Shown here piece after piece: positions 34,385 to 43,902 of a DNA stretch of 64,000 bases. Where the stretch lies: IMG/VR virus record IMGVR_UViG_3300041411_000080, positions 1 through 64,000 of that record, one strand, 5' to 3'. The translations under genes and the position numbers were made by a program. The notes beneath the pieces are model-generated. The model made no database searches and was not told the DNA's origin. It saw only the letters and a program-made list of their open reading frames with translations. Numbering within the stretch: the stretch's first letter is position 1; each line of letters starts with the position of its first letter.

Positions 34385-35290
34385 TTAGATGGCAAGCCAA
34401 TTCATTTTTGGATTTACGAGACCGTTACCGTCAGTGTTGCCGGTAGCAGTAGGTTGGAACGAGTTGGTGGTAGTAACACGATCGAAGAGTTCGGTTACAA
34501 CTTCAGTACCGTAGCTGAAGATACCGTGAGTAACCCAGAGTTCAAGACTCAGAGGTTCGTATTCACGGATAGCTTTAGCCAGAGCAATAAAGGTACGACC
34601 ACCGTCACAGATGTCATCGACTACGAGCAGACGCTTGTTACCCACATGGGCATCAAAGCGAGTACCGGTGATTTCCATGGTTTCCAGATCACGATCTTTA
34701 GTAGCGCAGATGTAACCTGCTGCACCCAGTTCGGTAGCCAGTGCTTTAACGCGTTTCTGCGCACCAGCATCTGGAGCTACCAAATAGACTTCACTGAAAT
34801 CCATGTTACCGTAATAGGTATCACGACGCATGACATCCGCCAGAGGACGTACAACCGAACGCTTGATCAGCGCCGGAGTAACGTCACTGTGTGGGTCAAG
34901 CAAAGTCACTTTAGTGAAAGCCAGACGGTTGATTACGTCAGCAAACACTGCAATGCCATTTGCTTCACCCGGATTGCATACTCGGTCTTGCCGAGCGTAC
35001 GGCGTGTAACCCATCTCCAGAGCGACAGGCATGTCGGGATCGATACGACGGATCGCATCTACTACCAGCATCAGTTCAAAGCAAGTATCTGCCGAGTTGA
35101 GGTATGTCTTAAGTACAATCTCAGAAGCTGTGTCAATCCGTTCACGTACAGGTTGTGGAAGGCGAGGGTTTACCTCACCTCCTTTGAAGACTGGAGCTGA
35201 ACTGTTAATCCAGCTAGTACGGATGGTTTGACCCGCTTCGTGACGAACCAATTGAATTTCAATCATGATCGATACCTTGGTTAGATTCAT
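34385..35290 (-). CDS. prs: ribose-phosphate pyrophosphokinase-like protein (Adps-like in the NARP1 context)
   Basis: F.GGEV, PYARQDR, DPHS, APDAGA, VVDDICDGGRTF. Confidence 0.9.
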   Translation of the reverse strand: MNLTKVSIMIEIQLVRHEAGQTIRTSWINSSAPVFKGGEVNPRLPQPVRERIDTASEIVLKTYLNSADTCFELMLVVDAIRRIDPDMPVALEMGYTPYARQDRVCNPGEANGIAVFADVINRLAFTKVTLLDPHSDVTPALIKRSVVRPLADVMRRDTYYGNMDFSEVYLVAPDAGAQKRVKALATELGAAGYICATKDRDLETMEITGTRFDAHVGNKRLLVVDDICDGGRTFIALAKAIREYEPLSLELWVTHGIFSYGTEVVTELFDRVTTTNSFQPTATGNTDGNGLVNPKMNWLAI

Positions 35291-35299
35291 TACACCACA

Positions 35300-35319
35300 G
35301 TGATATAAATCTGAAATTT
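35300..35319 (-). promoter_or_regulatory. phiKZ-type early promoter driving the prs-nadV pair
   Basis: AAATTTCAGATTTATATCAC. Confidence 0.75.
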
Positions 35320-35330
35320 ATTGAGTTGAC

Positions 35331-35537
35331 CTAGAACCCAGCTAAAGTAGCTAACAGCTTGAAAATTCCCGCAACTACACTTAGGAGAATGCCGTAGAGA
35401 CTGATAACCCATCCAAGGGTCATCAGTCCGGCAAAGCCGGAATGGTTGTCTTTCATCAGGTAGCACATCAAAGACATGATGAAGAAGAATGTCCAGAGTA
35501 CTGTGTGTGCAATAATCATAATTAACCTTTTACGCAA
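35331..35537 (-). CDS. two-TM membrane protein (68 aa)
   Basis: two hydrophobic helices. Confidence 0.7.
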   Translation of the reverse strand: MRKRLIMIIAHTVLWTFFFIMSLMCYLMKDNHSGFAGLMTLGWVISLYGILLSVVAGIFKLLATLAGF

Positions 35538-36766
35538 ACGATTTGCTTGAGTGTATGAACGATCTCAACGAGGTCAGCCTGAGCAGCCATAACGTCTTCA
35601 ATGTTCTTGTAAGCCTTAGGGGTTTCATCCAAGACTTCTTTATCTTTACGACATTCAACACCGAAAGTATCACGTAGGTGATCTTCCATGGTGAAGACTT
35701 TCTTAGCCTGGTTACGGGACATCACCCGACCAGCACCATGAGAACACGAGCAGAAGGATTCTTCGTTACCCAGCCCACGAACGATGAAAGACTTAGCACC
35801 CATCGAGCCAGGGATAATACCCAGTTGATCTTTCTGTGCCGACACTGCACCTTTACGCGTCACGACGACTTGCTCACCGAAATGGGTCTCTTCCGACACG
35901 TAGTTGTGGTGGCAGTTAACTGCATTCAAGGTGGTGGTGATAGGACGACCCATGAACTTAGCGAAGGCTTCGATGGTGTTACGCATCATTACCGAACGGT
36001 TGAGTGCAGCAAATCGCTGAGCAGCCAGTACACCACGACGGTAGTCATTGTAGCTCTCGGTATCGATATTCAGGTAAGCGAGATCTTGATCAACAAGCTG
36101 AATACCCGCTTGGATCATTTCTTCTTTAGCCTGATTGATGAACAATGTACCGATAGCATTACCTACACCACGTGAACCGGAGTGCAACATAATCCACACA
36201 CGTTGTTCTTCGTCTAGACAGATCTCCACGAAGTGGTTACCAGTACCCAGAGTACCACAATGGTTGAATGCGTTATCCACAGCTCGCTTCAGAGTTTTGT
36301 ATTTACCCGACAGGTAAGCGAACTCTGATCTGATCGCCTGGACTTCTGTTTGCATCGCCATATCCAGCTTATCATAGACGATCGAGAAGTTACCCCATGC
36401 ACCACGGTCACCAGGACGACCGTTATTAGTGCGACCATGTGGCACTGCGGCTTCGATCAGACTACGTAGACCCGACAAGTCATCAGGTAGGTCTGATGCT
36501 ACGAAGTTGGTCATCTGTGCGGCCATACCGCAACCTAGGTCTACCCCTACAGCTGCCGGAATGATAGCTTGTTTAGTGGCGATCACGGAACCAATGGTTG
36601 CACCTTTACCAAGATGTACGTCAGGCATTACTGCAAGATGCTTGTGGATGAATGGGAGGTTAGCAATATTTTTCAATTGCTTCAGAGCTTCGGCCTCCAC
36701 AGGAACACCTTTAACCCAAGCTTTGATGGGAGTTTCGTTTTCAGCAGACAGATTAATGTACGACAT
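35522..36766 (-). CDS. rtcB: RtcB 3'-phosphate RNA ligase
   Basis: MPDVH.GKG..IG, GVDLGCGM, GTLGTGNHF, HSGSRG, HHNY, RKGA, PGSMG, HGAGR, DE.PKAYK. Confidence 0.95.
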   Translation of the reverse strand: MSYINLSAENETPIKAWVKGVPVEAEALKQLKNIANLPFIHKHLAVMPDVHLGKGATIGSVIATKQAIIPAAVGVDLGCGMAAQMTNFVASDLPDDLSGLRSLIEAAVPHGRTNNGRPGDRGAWGNFSIVYDKLDMAMQTEVQAIRSEFAYLSGKYKTLKRAVDNAFNHCGTLGTGNHFVEICLDEEQRVWIMLHSGSRGVGNAIGTLFINQAKEEMIQAGIQLVDQDLAYLNIDTESYNDYRRGVLAAQRFAALNRSVMMRNTIEAFAKFMGRPITTTLNAVNCHHNYVSEETHFGEQVVVTRKGAVSAQKDQLGIIPGSMGAKSFIVRGLGNEESFCSCSHGAGRVMSRNQAKKVFTMEDHLRDTFGVECRKDKEVLDETPKAYKNIEDVMAAQADLVEIVHTLKQIVCVKG

Positions 36767-36797
36767 TTAAAACCTCACACAGACGGAAAGAGATTGC

Positions 36798-37001
36798 TTA
36801 TTTAAGGAACAGTTGGCCACCGATGAAACCAGTGGCTAATGAAAAGACGATACCTAGTACCTTGCACCATGTGGCGTATTTGTTATAACGCTTCCATAGT
36901 TCGTAAGGTGTCCCAACCTTCTTACGGTTGAAGTAGATTTCACCGCTAGCACCAGCGAGGGCGAAAAGCAGTATCAGTGTAAATAACAGGTAAGCTGTCA
37001 T
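36798..37001 (-). CDS. two-TM membrane protein (67 aa)
   Basis: two hydrophobic helices; ATGA coupling. Confidence 0.75.
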   Translation of the reverse strand: MTAYLLFTLILLFALAGASGEIYFNRKKVGTPYELWKRYNKYATWCKVLGIVFSLATGFIGGQLFLK

Positions 37002-37276
37002 TGATGATTCTCCAATAGTCGTCTGACGGCATCACTGGTGTACGGAACATGTGACATCATCTCATTCAAGGCTTGTGCCAAGAGACTAGTGTCAGGGACC
37101 GATGTGAAACCTTTTGGAATAGGCAATAAACCCGGACGAACTCTGCGGCGGGGGTCCATTGCATAGAATCCGCCTACCAAGTATGGTTTCGGTGCCTCTA
37201 GACAACGTCTGTTCCAAAAGAACTTCGGGGCTCCATGCGGATGTGCCCATGGTGACCTAGGAAATCCGTAATGCAT
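36998..37276 (-). CDS. hypothetical protein (92 aa)
   Basis: ORF tiles. Confidence 0.65.
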   Translation of the reverse strand: MHYGFPRSPWAHPHGAPKFFWNRRCLEAPKPYLVGGFYAMDPRRRVRPGLLPIPKGFTSVPDTSLLAQALNEMMSHVPYTSDAVRRLLENHQ

Positions 37277-37439
37277 TGTACACCGCCGTAACTAAGCCAA
37301 TGAAACTAATGGTTACTCCAACCATTTGACATTTGTCGACCTTCGAGTAACGCCCTTCTTTTAAGAACCACTTAAATGGTGCAAACCCCACACCTATGGT
37401 TATTGCCGTACCGATGAAAATCAGTAACCCACCTATCAT
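37257..37439 (-). CDS. two-TM membrane protein (60 aa)
   Basis: GGAGG SD; two hydrophobic helices. Confidence 0.75.
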   Translation of the reverse strand: MIGGLLIFIGTAITIGVGFAPFKWFLKEGRYSKVDKCQMVGVTISFIGLVTAVYNALRIS

Positions 37440-37461
37440 AAAACCTCCGAGACGGTATAAA

Positions 37462-37481
37462 GGCCCTCCCGAAGGAGAGCC
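37462..37481 (-). terminator. intrinsic terminator, cUUCGg loop
   Basis: GGCTCTCC-TTCG-GGAGGGCC-TTTAT. Confidence 0.75.
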
Positions 37482-37486
37482 CTTTT

Positions 37487-37654
37487 TTATACGCTAAGCA
37501 TCATTAAGAAGCCAGCAAAAGCAACTCCAGCACCCACCAAGTACATGAGTACATTTAGGATATTACCGATACGAGATCGGCGAGTTGGAGCTGTATCAAT
37601 AAAGGTGGCAAGTGAAACCAGTGCACACCCTATGATGATCATAACTAGTGACAT
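37487..37654 (-). CDS. two-TM membrane protein (55 aa, start MSLVM)
   Basis: GAGGTG SD; two hydrophobic helices. Confidence 0.7.
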   Translation of the reverse strand: MSLVMIIIGCALVSLATFIDTAPTRRSRIGNILNVLMYLVGAGVAFAGFLMMLSV

Positions 37655-37662
37655 TACCCACC

Positions 37663-38031
37663 TCAGTTCAATGAGACTAAGTTGCCATAGTCGTTTTGCA
37701 TGCAAGTATTAAAAGATTGCACGTAAGTTTCAATTGGGGTTTTATGCCATTTGTACACTTGTGGTGCTTCTTCTATTACTCTGGGCAGAACGCGGTAAAG
37801 AACGTTATCTTTGTTGCGCACGCCGTAACCTTTCATGGCTTGAAGGTTCTGTTTCCACTTAGGGAGACTTTCACCTCGTTGTTTAGCTTCTGCTCCAGCT
37901 TTAGCCATCAAGGCTGCACTGTCACAATAAAGCTGATCAACCACCACTTGCTCGCCATGGGCCATGGTAGGGATCATTAAGACTCCTACCAGCAACCCTA
38001 GACGCAGTACGTGTGTTAAACATTGCATCAC
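37663..38031 (-). CDS. secreted/periplasmic helical protein with a Cys pair
   Basis: signal peptide ...LLVGVLMIPTMAHG; CDSAA..A....QRGES and C-terminal C. Confidence 0.7.
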   Translation of the reverse strand: MMQCLTHVLRLGLLVGVLMIPTMAHGEQVVVDQLYCDSAALMAKAGAEAKQRGESLPKWKQNLQAMKGYGVRNKDNVLYRVLPRVIEEAPQVYKWHKTPIETYVQSFNTCMQNDYGNLVSLN

Positions 38032-38078
38032 GTTGGACCTTAGTTGTTTGATTCAGAAGATAGGGTACTCAATCACCG

Positions 38079-38270
38079 TTAATAGGCTGCGAAAGCCACT
38101 CCGAGACAGAGCGCCCCGCCGATGGCTAGAATTAAACTGACCAAGAAAACGAAAGCACCTAACTCGATGTTCTCGCCGGGGTACCAACGCTTACTGGTCG
38201 TCTTAAAGATACCTATCAACCCCACTACCACCAGTGCAACCATGATCAGGATCTTAATCACTGGAGCCAC
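38079..38270 (-). CDS. two-TM membrane protein (63 aa)
   Basis: two hydrophobic helices. Confidence 0.75.
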   Translation of the reverse strand: MAPVIKILIMVALVVVGLIGIFKTTSKRWYPGENIELGAFVFLVSLILAIGGALCLGVAFAAY

Positions 38271-39168
38271 CAGACGAACTGGAACTACTCGAATCAGAAT
38301 AACTCACTGGCGTGCAGACGTAGTCACGTTCGTAGCCACTCTTCACTTCAGTACTGATGTTAGCTGGTACGCTAATAGCAGCGAACGACTCTGGGATCTG
38401 TCGACTGAGGACTTCAGCTATGTTCCTTGGCTCAGTAGACGATACGAATGACTCGCGCTCATCAATAGCACGGACGTCCAAAGGTACATCGTCCAGAACC
38501 ACGTCAGGTTTGATGTTGTGCTCTTTCCATTCCTCATATTCGACTGCGGTCAGTTCACCAACCAGAAGCCATGGGTAGGCATCTTCGATAGCTGGATCTT
38601 CGGCGTAAGCGCGCATGAACAGCAATGGTACGGCAGCATCACCCTCAGTAACTGGATCAGAGTGTTCTACCTTAGTGGTCCACAGCTGGGCTACTTCAAT
38701 GTCACTGGTGTAAGAAATACTGGTGTCTTCAGGATTATCAAAGATAGCAATAGTGATAGCGTTATGCGTAACCACTGCACCAGTCTCATCCGTCTCGAAA
38801 TCAACCTTGTATTTAAACATGGCGTTCGATACAGCTACCTGAATAGCCTGACGGTTAACGTGTGTACTAACATCACCCGGTAGCGGGTTAAAGGTGTTAT
38901 ACTCAGCTGAACCTTCAAGGAACTTCTGGCAACGCAGTTCCCATGGATCTTTCAGTTCACCTACCAGTTGAGCAGACTCGGTGATCTTAACATGAATGGT
39001 TGGATCGAATGCAGTTTCAATAACCCAGGACACGTTAAGACGAATCCACGCATCCCAGATCTGATAACCATTCAAGCCAGATTCACATTTGACTTTAGTG
39101 TAGAGTGGGAAACCCAGCGACAAAGCTTTGCTTCGTAGTGCGGCATGTGATACAACTGCAACCGGCAT
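38254..39168 (-). CDS. acidic hypothetical protein with a Ser-rich tail (304 aa)
   Basis: ends SYSDSSSSSSSGGSSD; AAGGA SD. Confidence 0.8.
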   Translation of the reverse strand: MPVAVVSHAALRSKALSLGFPLYTKVKCESGLNGYQIWDAWIRLNVSWVIETAFDPTIHVKITESAQLVGELKDPWELRCQKFLEGSAEYNTFNPLPGDVSTHVNRQAIQVAVSNAMFKYKVDFETDETGAVVTHNAITIAIFDNPEDTSISYTSDIEVAQLWTTKVEHSDPVTEGDAAVPLLFMRAYAEDPAIEDAYPWLLVGELTAVEYEEWKEHNIKPDVVLDDVPLDVRAIDERESFVSSTEPRNIAEVLSRQIPESFAAISVPANISTEVKSGYERDYVCTPVSYSDSSSSSSSGGSSD

Positions 39169-39179
39169 GTTTATTTCCT

Positions 39180-39377
39180 TCAGTTAGTTGTTGTTAGCTC
39201 TTCGACCATTCGTTTCAGAGTCGAGACTTCTTTAGTCAGCTTAGAGATGTTCTCAGCTTGAGCTGCTACCATTTGTTCCAACTCAACCAGCCGATCTTTC
39301 TTCGATGATTTCTTTTCTTTCACTGGGACTTTACCCCGACTGAATACTTTTGAAAGGAGTTGCCAAAGATCATTCAT
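39180..39377 (-). CDS. small coiled-coil protein (65 aa)
   Basis: heptad LVELEQMVAAQAENISKLTKEVSTLKRMV. Confidence 0.7.
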   Translation of the reverse strand: MNDLWQLLSKVFSRGKVPVKEKKSSKKDRLVELEQMVAAQAENISKLTKEVSTLKRMVEELTTTN

Positions 39378-39808
39378 TAAATGACGTCCTTATAACGCCA
39401 GTCACCGTAAGGTACGCCAACACGATACGCATTGGTTTCGTTTGGTTCCTGTGGTGTATGAAATACTGTCAGCATCATCGTTAGACGATAACAGTGATAG
39501 CGTTGTTCGAGTTGGATCTCATAAGTATCGTCTGTCGAGTCGATTATCACTTTACCCATGTACTTGGGTACAGCGAGTTGATACTTGTCATAGATCTCGA
39601 ACTCGAATTTACCAGTGTAGTTCTGTAGGGCTGGGACGACACTCGTATTAAAGATTGCCCAACCATCAGGGAACTGGATCTCAAGTGGCACTACCCAATG
39701 GACTTTACCATTTACCTTTCCACCATCCTTCGTCCAAGGAGATTCAAAGAGATCACCCTTAACGCCGGGATATAGCGGAATGCTAACAACTGTAGAGGCT
39801 GTCGTCAT
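39377..39808 (-). CDS. hypothetical protein (143 aa)
   Basis: GGAGG SD. Confidence 0.8.
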   Translation of the reverse strand: MTTASTVVSIPLYPGVKGDLFESPWTKDGGKVNGKVHWVVPLEIQFPDGWAIFNTSVVPALQNYTGKFEFEIYDKYQLAVPKYMGKVIIDSTDDTYEIQLEQRYHCYRLTMMLTVFHTPQEPNETNAYRVGVPYGDWRYKDVI

Positions 39809-39822
39809 AATAACCTCCGTGG

Positions 39823-40098
39823 TTATTGGTATTGGGTTCCAAGGTAATGCTCGTCCATATACTTATTCCAATCTTCAGCCACGGCCATCACGTTGTGGAG
39901 TCTGGTCGAGTTGTAATAAGCATTATTGTTAAACCGCATCACTTGTTTAAAGTCTTTGAGTGCTTTCTTCACACCCGCCGGACTAGGGTCTTTCCTGATG
40001 TCGTAAGCTACTTGACGAACGCAGTAATGCCATTCATCAAACTCCCCGTCTAGCTTACCCATCTTGTTGCGTATTCGTTGGTTATAGCCGTATTTCAT
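39823..40098 (-). CDS. hypothetical protein (91 aa)
   Basis: ATGA coupling. Confidence 0.75.
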   Translation of the reverse strand: MKYGYNQRIRNKMGKLDGEFDEWHYCVRQVAYDIRKDPSPAGVKKALKDFKQVMRFNNNAYYNSTRLHNVMAVAEDWNKYMDEHYLGTQYQ

Positions 40099-40550
40099 GA
40101 GTAGTGCCCTGTCCAGATATAAGTGGTGCAGTTAGGATCTTGTGTTATTTTAAGCCTAACTGCCATGTCTGCATAAACTAGCCCCGGTCGGTTCTGTCGC
40201 CAGTAACTACGCTTCTCACTGAGGATCACATGGAGTTCAGTAATGATGATAGTTTCCTCTACGTCAAAGATTGTAAAGACAATCTCATCGGGCTTTGGAT
40301 ACAACCGTTCCTTATGGAAGCTGATCTCTTTATGATCTTTACCTTTAGCGTAGTTAATGATCTCCACAATATCAGCATCTGAGAAACCAATCTCAGGATT
40401 ACCTTGTTTGCGAAGATCATTACCGTGTTCGTAGTAGCTGTGATTGAACCGATAGGGTAACTCGATCTCAGACGTAACGATATTGAAAGCCATGGCCATT
40501 ACCTGTAAGTTATTCACAGGATTGGTTATCGTAGACCTTCCCGTCCCCAC
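40095..40550 (-). CDS. hypothetical protein (start uncertain)
   Basis: ORF tiles. Confidence 0.7.
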   Translation of the reverse strand: MGTGRSTITNPVNNLQVMAMAFNIVTSEIELPYRFNHSYYEHGNDLRKQGNPEIGFSDADIVEIINYAKGKDHKEISFHKERLYPKPDEIVFTIFDVEETIIITELHVILSEKRSYWRQNRPGLVYADMAVRLKITQDPNCTTYIWTGHYS

Positions 40551-40801
40551 GCATTACCCATACAGTCTTTAAACATCAGGTTCATCCGAGTAGCGGTAAA
40601 CCAACGATTGGACTTTCGTACCGTACGTTTGGTGTATCGTTCTTTAAACTGCTTACGGATGAGACTGAGTGAACTACCGTCGGTTAAAGCCTCCATCAAA
40701 TACATGCGGAAGTCATTCCACCATGCTACGTATTGATCAAGGTCTTTTTCGTCCCGCCGTTTCTTTTTCGGCAATCGTGTTGCAGGTCTCGGTTTCTTCA
40801 T
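40526..40801 (-). CDS. basic hypothetical protein (91 aa, start MKKPR)
   Basis: GGAG SD before ATG 40801. Confidence 0.65.
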   Translation of the reverse strand: MKKPRPATRLPKKKRRDEKDLDQYVAWWNDFRMYLMEALTDGSSLSLIRKQFKERYTKRTVRKSNRWFTATRMNLMFKDCMGNAWGREGLR

Positions 40802-41816
40802 CTGTTGTAATTCTCCACGAAACAGTACCCATATAGACACTGTACAAAACCTTTAAAGGGGGATTCACTAATAGAGGCTGTGTATCAACGCTAGCTGGGT
40901 ACTTAGACTGATTAGTGCAATAAACACCAACCGGTACAGTTTTACCATCCCAGGTGAAGTCAATGGCGTCGGTAAAGATGTCCAGCTGATAATCACCAAT
41001 CTTGTAATCTTTTGCCAACCGTTCAATAGCGCTGACCAACAGTTCTTTAACGTAAAACGGACGGGATGCAGTAGCCTTAGAATCAGCGATGATCTCCATC
41101 GCATAATAATGAATCGGAGCGTGTGCAGTTTTCCGATGCGTGAGTCGTATCGCATGCTTGTCATTTACCGAATCCACTTTCTTTATTTCGTACCAACGCT
41201 TCGGATCGGTGTCTTTACGGTGCTTACGGTCTATTTTGGCGTCATCAAAAACACCAACTTGATTAGGGTCGAATGCTGTACCCAGTTCAGACGATGTAAT
41301 CAACCGGCGATTACCTATGTACTCTCGTGGTACTAGGATCTCTTTTTTATCGACATACAGGCGAATGTTATCACCCGAGAAGATCTCATTGGTAATTGCC
41401 ATCTCGTGCAGTCTGTAATACTGATGTGGCTTCAACCGACTGGCGATCTTCTTCAACCATGCAATGACTTCTTCACGATCGTTCTCACCTTCCTGGTCAC
41501 GCAACTCATGGAAATCACTATCCTCCAAATCCATGAGGTTAATCCTCATGTAGGCCACGTCGTCCACAGGGTTCCAATCTGAGAGCGTATCAGTTCGATT
41601 ACCTTTATGGCCAAGGACCTGATAGTGTACATCGTATCGCTTGTTGATACCACGACCACCAAGATATCTACCTGTGCCTTTAAAGTAGACCAAAGCAGTC
41701 TCTCGGTGTGCATACGCCTTAACGTAAGGAACGCCGTTGCGTAACCGTTCAGCGATCAGTTCAAGTCCTTCGTTCTTGCCGAACCAATTATCAAAAATTG
41801 ATTTTAATATTTCCAT
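40737..41816 (-). CDS. hypothetical protein (359 aa)
   Basis: long ORF coupled to the ligA end. Confidence 0.8.
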   Translation of the reverse strand: MEILKSIFDNWFGKNEGLELIAERLRNGVPYVKAYAHRETALVYFKGTGRYLGGRGINKRYDVHYQVLGHKGNRTDTLSDWNPVDDVAYMRINLMDLEDSDFHELRDQEGENDREEVIAWLKKIASRLKPHQYYRLHEMAITNEIFSGDNIRLYVDKKEILVPREYIGNRRLITSSELGTAFDPNQVGVFDDAKIDRKHRKDTDPKRWYEIKKVDSVNDKHAIRLTHRKTAHAPIHYYAMEIIADSKATASRPFYVKELLVSAIERLAKDYKIGDYQLDIFTDAIDFTWDGKTVPVGVYCTNQSKYPASVDTQPLLVNPPLKVLYSVYMGTVSWRITTDEETETCNTIAEKETAGRKRP

Positions 41817-43902
41817 CAGGATGCACCACCAAGCTTAAGAATGTAATTTCATCAGGGGATGATTGTTCGATGACCTTTTCTTCGTTGTGGATAACCCAAG
41901 GGATACCCAGCTCTTTAGCGCTGGCTAGTTTATGAGCGGTGTACTTGGTACCACAAACGATCATCGACGTTTTGGATGTAACGTCTTTAGTAATCTTAGC
42001 TCCCAAACTTTTATAGTGAGCCTCGACTTCTTTACGTTTCTGACCAGAGAAGTTGCTACCAGTTACAACGATAGATGCATTACCTAAGACACCGTCACCT
42101 TGACGCTTAGCAGGTGCTCTCAACCATTGCATCTTAGGGAAGTTCCGCCAACTAGATTCTTCTTCTGGTTTAGCACGATCTTCATCGAAGTATTCAAAGA
42201 TACATGTAGCACCAAGCTTACCGATATCTTCGACTTCTAACAGATCATTGTAGGACGCAGTAGAAAGATCATGGATATGCTGGAAGTGTTGTGCCAGTTT
42301 CTCCGAAGAGTTCTTAGCAATACCGTCAATACCGAACGACATCACCAAACGTTCCAGTGTCATGTTGGCTTGAGCGATTACGATAGCCTCTAGAAGCTTC
42401 TCAGTCTCTCGCTCAGACAGTCCAACGCTCAACAGGTCCTCACGTGTCAGATCGAACACTTTAGCAGGCTGGTAAGCTTCTAGGATCTTAGCGTCATGTA
42501 GCTGCTTAATAGTAGCTGGACCCAGACCTTTGATGTTAAAGACATCGCGATCCATGCAGTACTCTAGATGAGCAATGCGTCGACCATAGCACTGACGGTT
42601 ATCACAGTTGTCAGTTTCTTTACCATCTTTGTTAACCACGATAGAGGTTGGGGTGTTACATACTGGACAATGAGTCAGTGGCTCGTAGAGGACCTGATCG
42701 GTGTGTTCTACGGTTGTACCCATTACGTAGGGGATCACATCACCTGCACGTTTGATTTGCACGCTACAGCCTTTATAGAGCTTTAGACGGTCAACCTCGT
42801 TACGGTTATGCAACGTTACGTTAGAGATCATCGTACCATGAACATGAACTGGTTCTACACGAGCCACTGGAGTCAGTCGGCCTGTACGACCTACCTGATA
42901 CTCGACGTTGAGTAGTGGTGTTACACCTTCAGATGCAGGGAACTTAAAAGCAGTAGCCCACTTAGGTGCACGGGAAGTCATGCCGAGGAATTTACGATGC
43001 GCATGCTTAACTACCTTGAAGACGATACCATCGACTTCGTAAGGTTGCTCAGAACGAATGGACTGCATCTTCTCGATGAACTTTGGCCACCCGGTGATGT
43101 AATGATCCGATGGGTAGTTTAGTACATCAGGAATAGCCGCTACTTCGAATCCGTTTGTAGTAAGAGACTCTTGTTCATAGTACCAATCGCGATCGATTGT
43201 GTCCCCTTCACTGTCAAACGAGTATCCCACAAACTGCAACTTACGCTCAGCTGTTACAGCTGGGTCTTTTTGACGCAAACTACCGGCGGCGTAGTTTCGT
43301 GGGTTAGCAAAGGTCTTCTTACCCTCGGCTGCTAACGCATCGTTAATAGCCCTGTAGTCCGCTAGAGCCACCACCACTTCACCTGTAACCAACGTATACT
43401 CATTGGTCCAGGTAGTCAGTGTTTTAGGGATACCCTTGATCTGCAAAGCATTAAGAGTTACGTTCTCACCTGTTTCACCATCGCCACGAGTTACAGCCCA
43501 AAGCAGTTTACCATTGCGGTAAACCAGTCTTAGGCTCAGACCGTCTAGCTTCCATTCACCTCTCACTTCAAGACCCGTAGTCTCTGGATCACCAGTGATG
43601 TCGATGCTCCAGTCAACCGCTTCATCAGAATCAAAGGTGTTAGCCAGACTCAACATTGGCAAACGGTGCTTCAACGGTTTGAAGTGACCAAACGTCATTG
43701 CATGTCCGACTTTCTGAGTTGGAGAAGCTGGAGTTACCAACTCTGGGAACTGCTTCTCTATATGAACCAGTGCACGGAACTTCTGGTCATACTCAGCGTC
43801 TGGGATCTTCGCATCATCCAAGACATGGTAATGATAGTTCAGCTCATCAATCTCAGCACAGGCAATAGCATAAGCTTCACGTAGTTCTTTCATGTTCGTC
43901 AT
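41791..43902 (-). CDS. ligA: NAD+-dependent DNA ligase
   Basis: Y...DAEYD, PMLSLAN, EWKLDG, TRGDG..GE, NPRNYAAGSLRQ, DGIVFK, PKWATAFKFP, VGRTG, Zn finger CPVC, BRCT. Confidence 0.95.
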   Translation of the reverse strand: MTNMKELREAYAIACAEIDELNYHYHVLDDAKIPDAEYDQKFRALVHIEKQFPELVTPASPTQKVGHAMTFGHFKPLKHRLPMLSLANTFDSDEAVDWSIDITGDPETTGLEVRGEWKLDGLSLRLVYRNGKLLWAVTRGDGETGENVTLNALQIKGIPKTLTTWTNEYTLVTGEVVVALADYRAINDALAAEGKKTFANPRNYAAGSLRQKDPAVTAERKLQFVGYSFDSEGDTIDRDWYYEQESLTTNGFEVAAIPDVLNYPSDHYITGWPKFIEKMQSIRSEQPYEVDGIVFKVVKHAHRKFLGMTSRAPKWATAFKFPASEGVTPLLNVEYQVGRTGRLTPVARVEPVHVHGTMISNVTLHNRNEVDRLKLYKGCSVQIKRAGDVIPYVMGTTVEHTDQVLYEPLTHCPVCNTPTSIVVNKDGKETDNCDNRQCYGRRIAHLEYCMDRDVFNIKGLGPATIKQLHDAKILEAYQPAKVFDLTREDLLSVGLSERETEKLLEAIVIAQANMTLERLVMSFGIDGIAKNSSEKLAQHFQHIHDLSTASYNDLLEVEDIGKLGATCIFEYFDEDRAKPEEESSWRNFPKMQWLRAPAKRQGDGVLGNASIVVTGSNFSGQKRKEVEAHYKSLGAKITKDVTSKTSMIVCGTKYTAHKLASAKELGIPWVIHNEEKVIEQSSPDEITFLSLVVHPDGNIKINF

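Noticed and set aside
32666-35200. 844-aa plus-strand ORF and other long plus-strand ORFs (e.g. 3297, 27075, 57786)
   Set aside because: Antisense shadows of well-supported minus-strand genes; no SD or motifs; typical codon-bias artefact
38254-38330. Poly-Ser/Gly tail
   Set aside because: Common low-complexity C-terminus in phage proteins; no further structure
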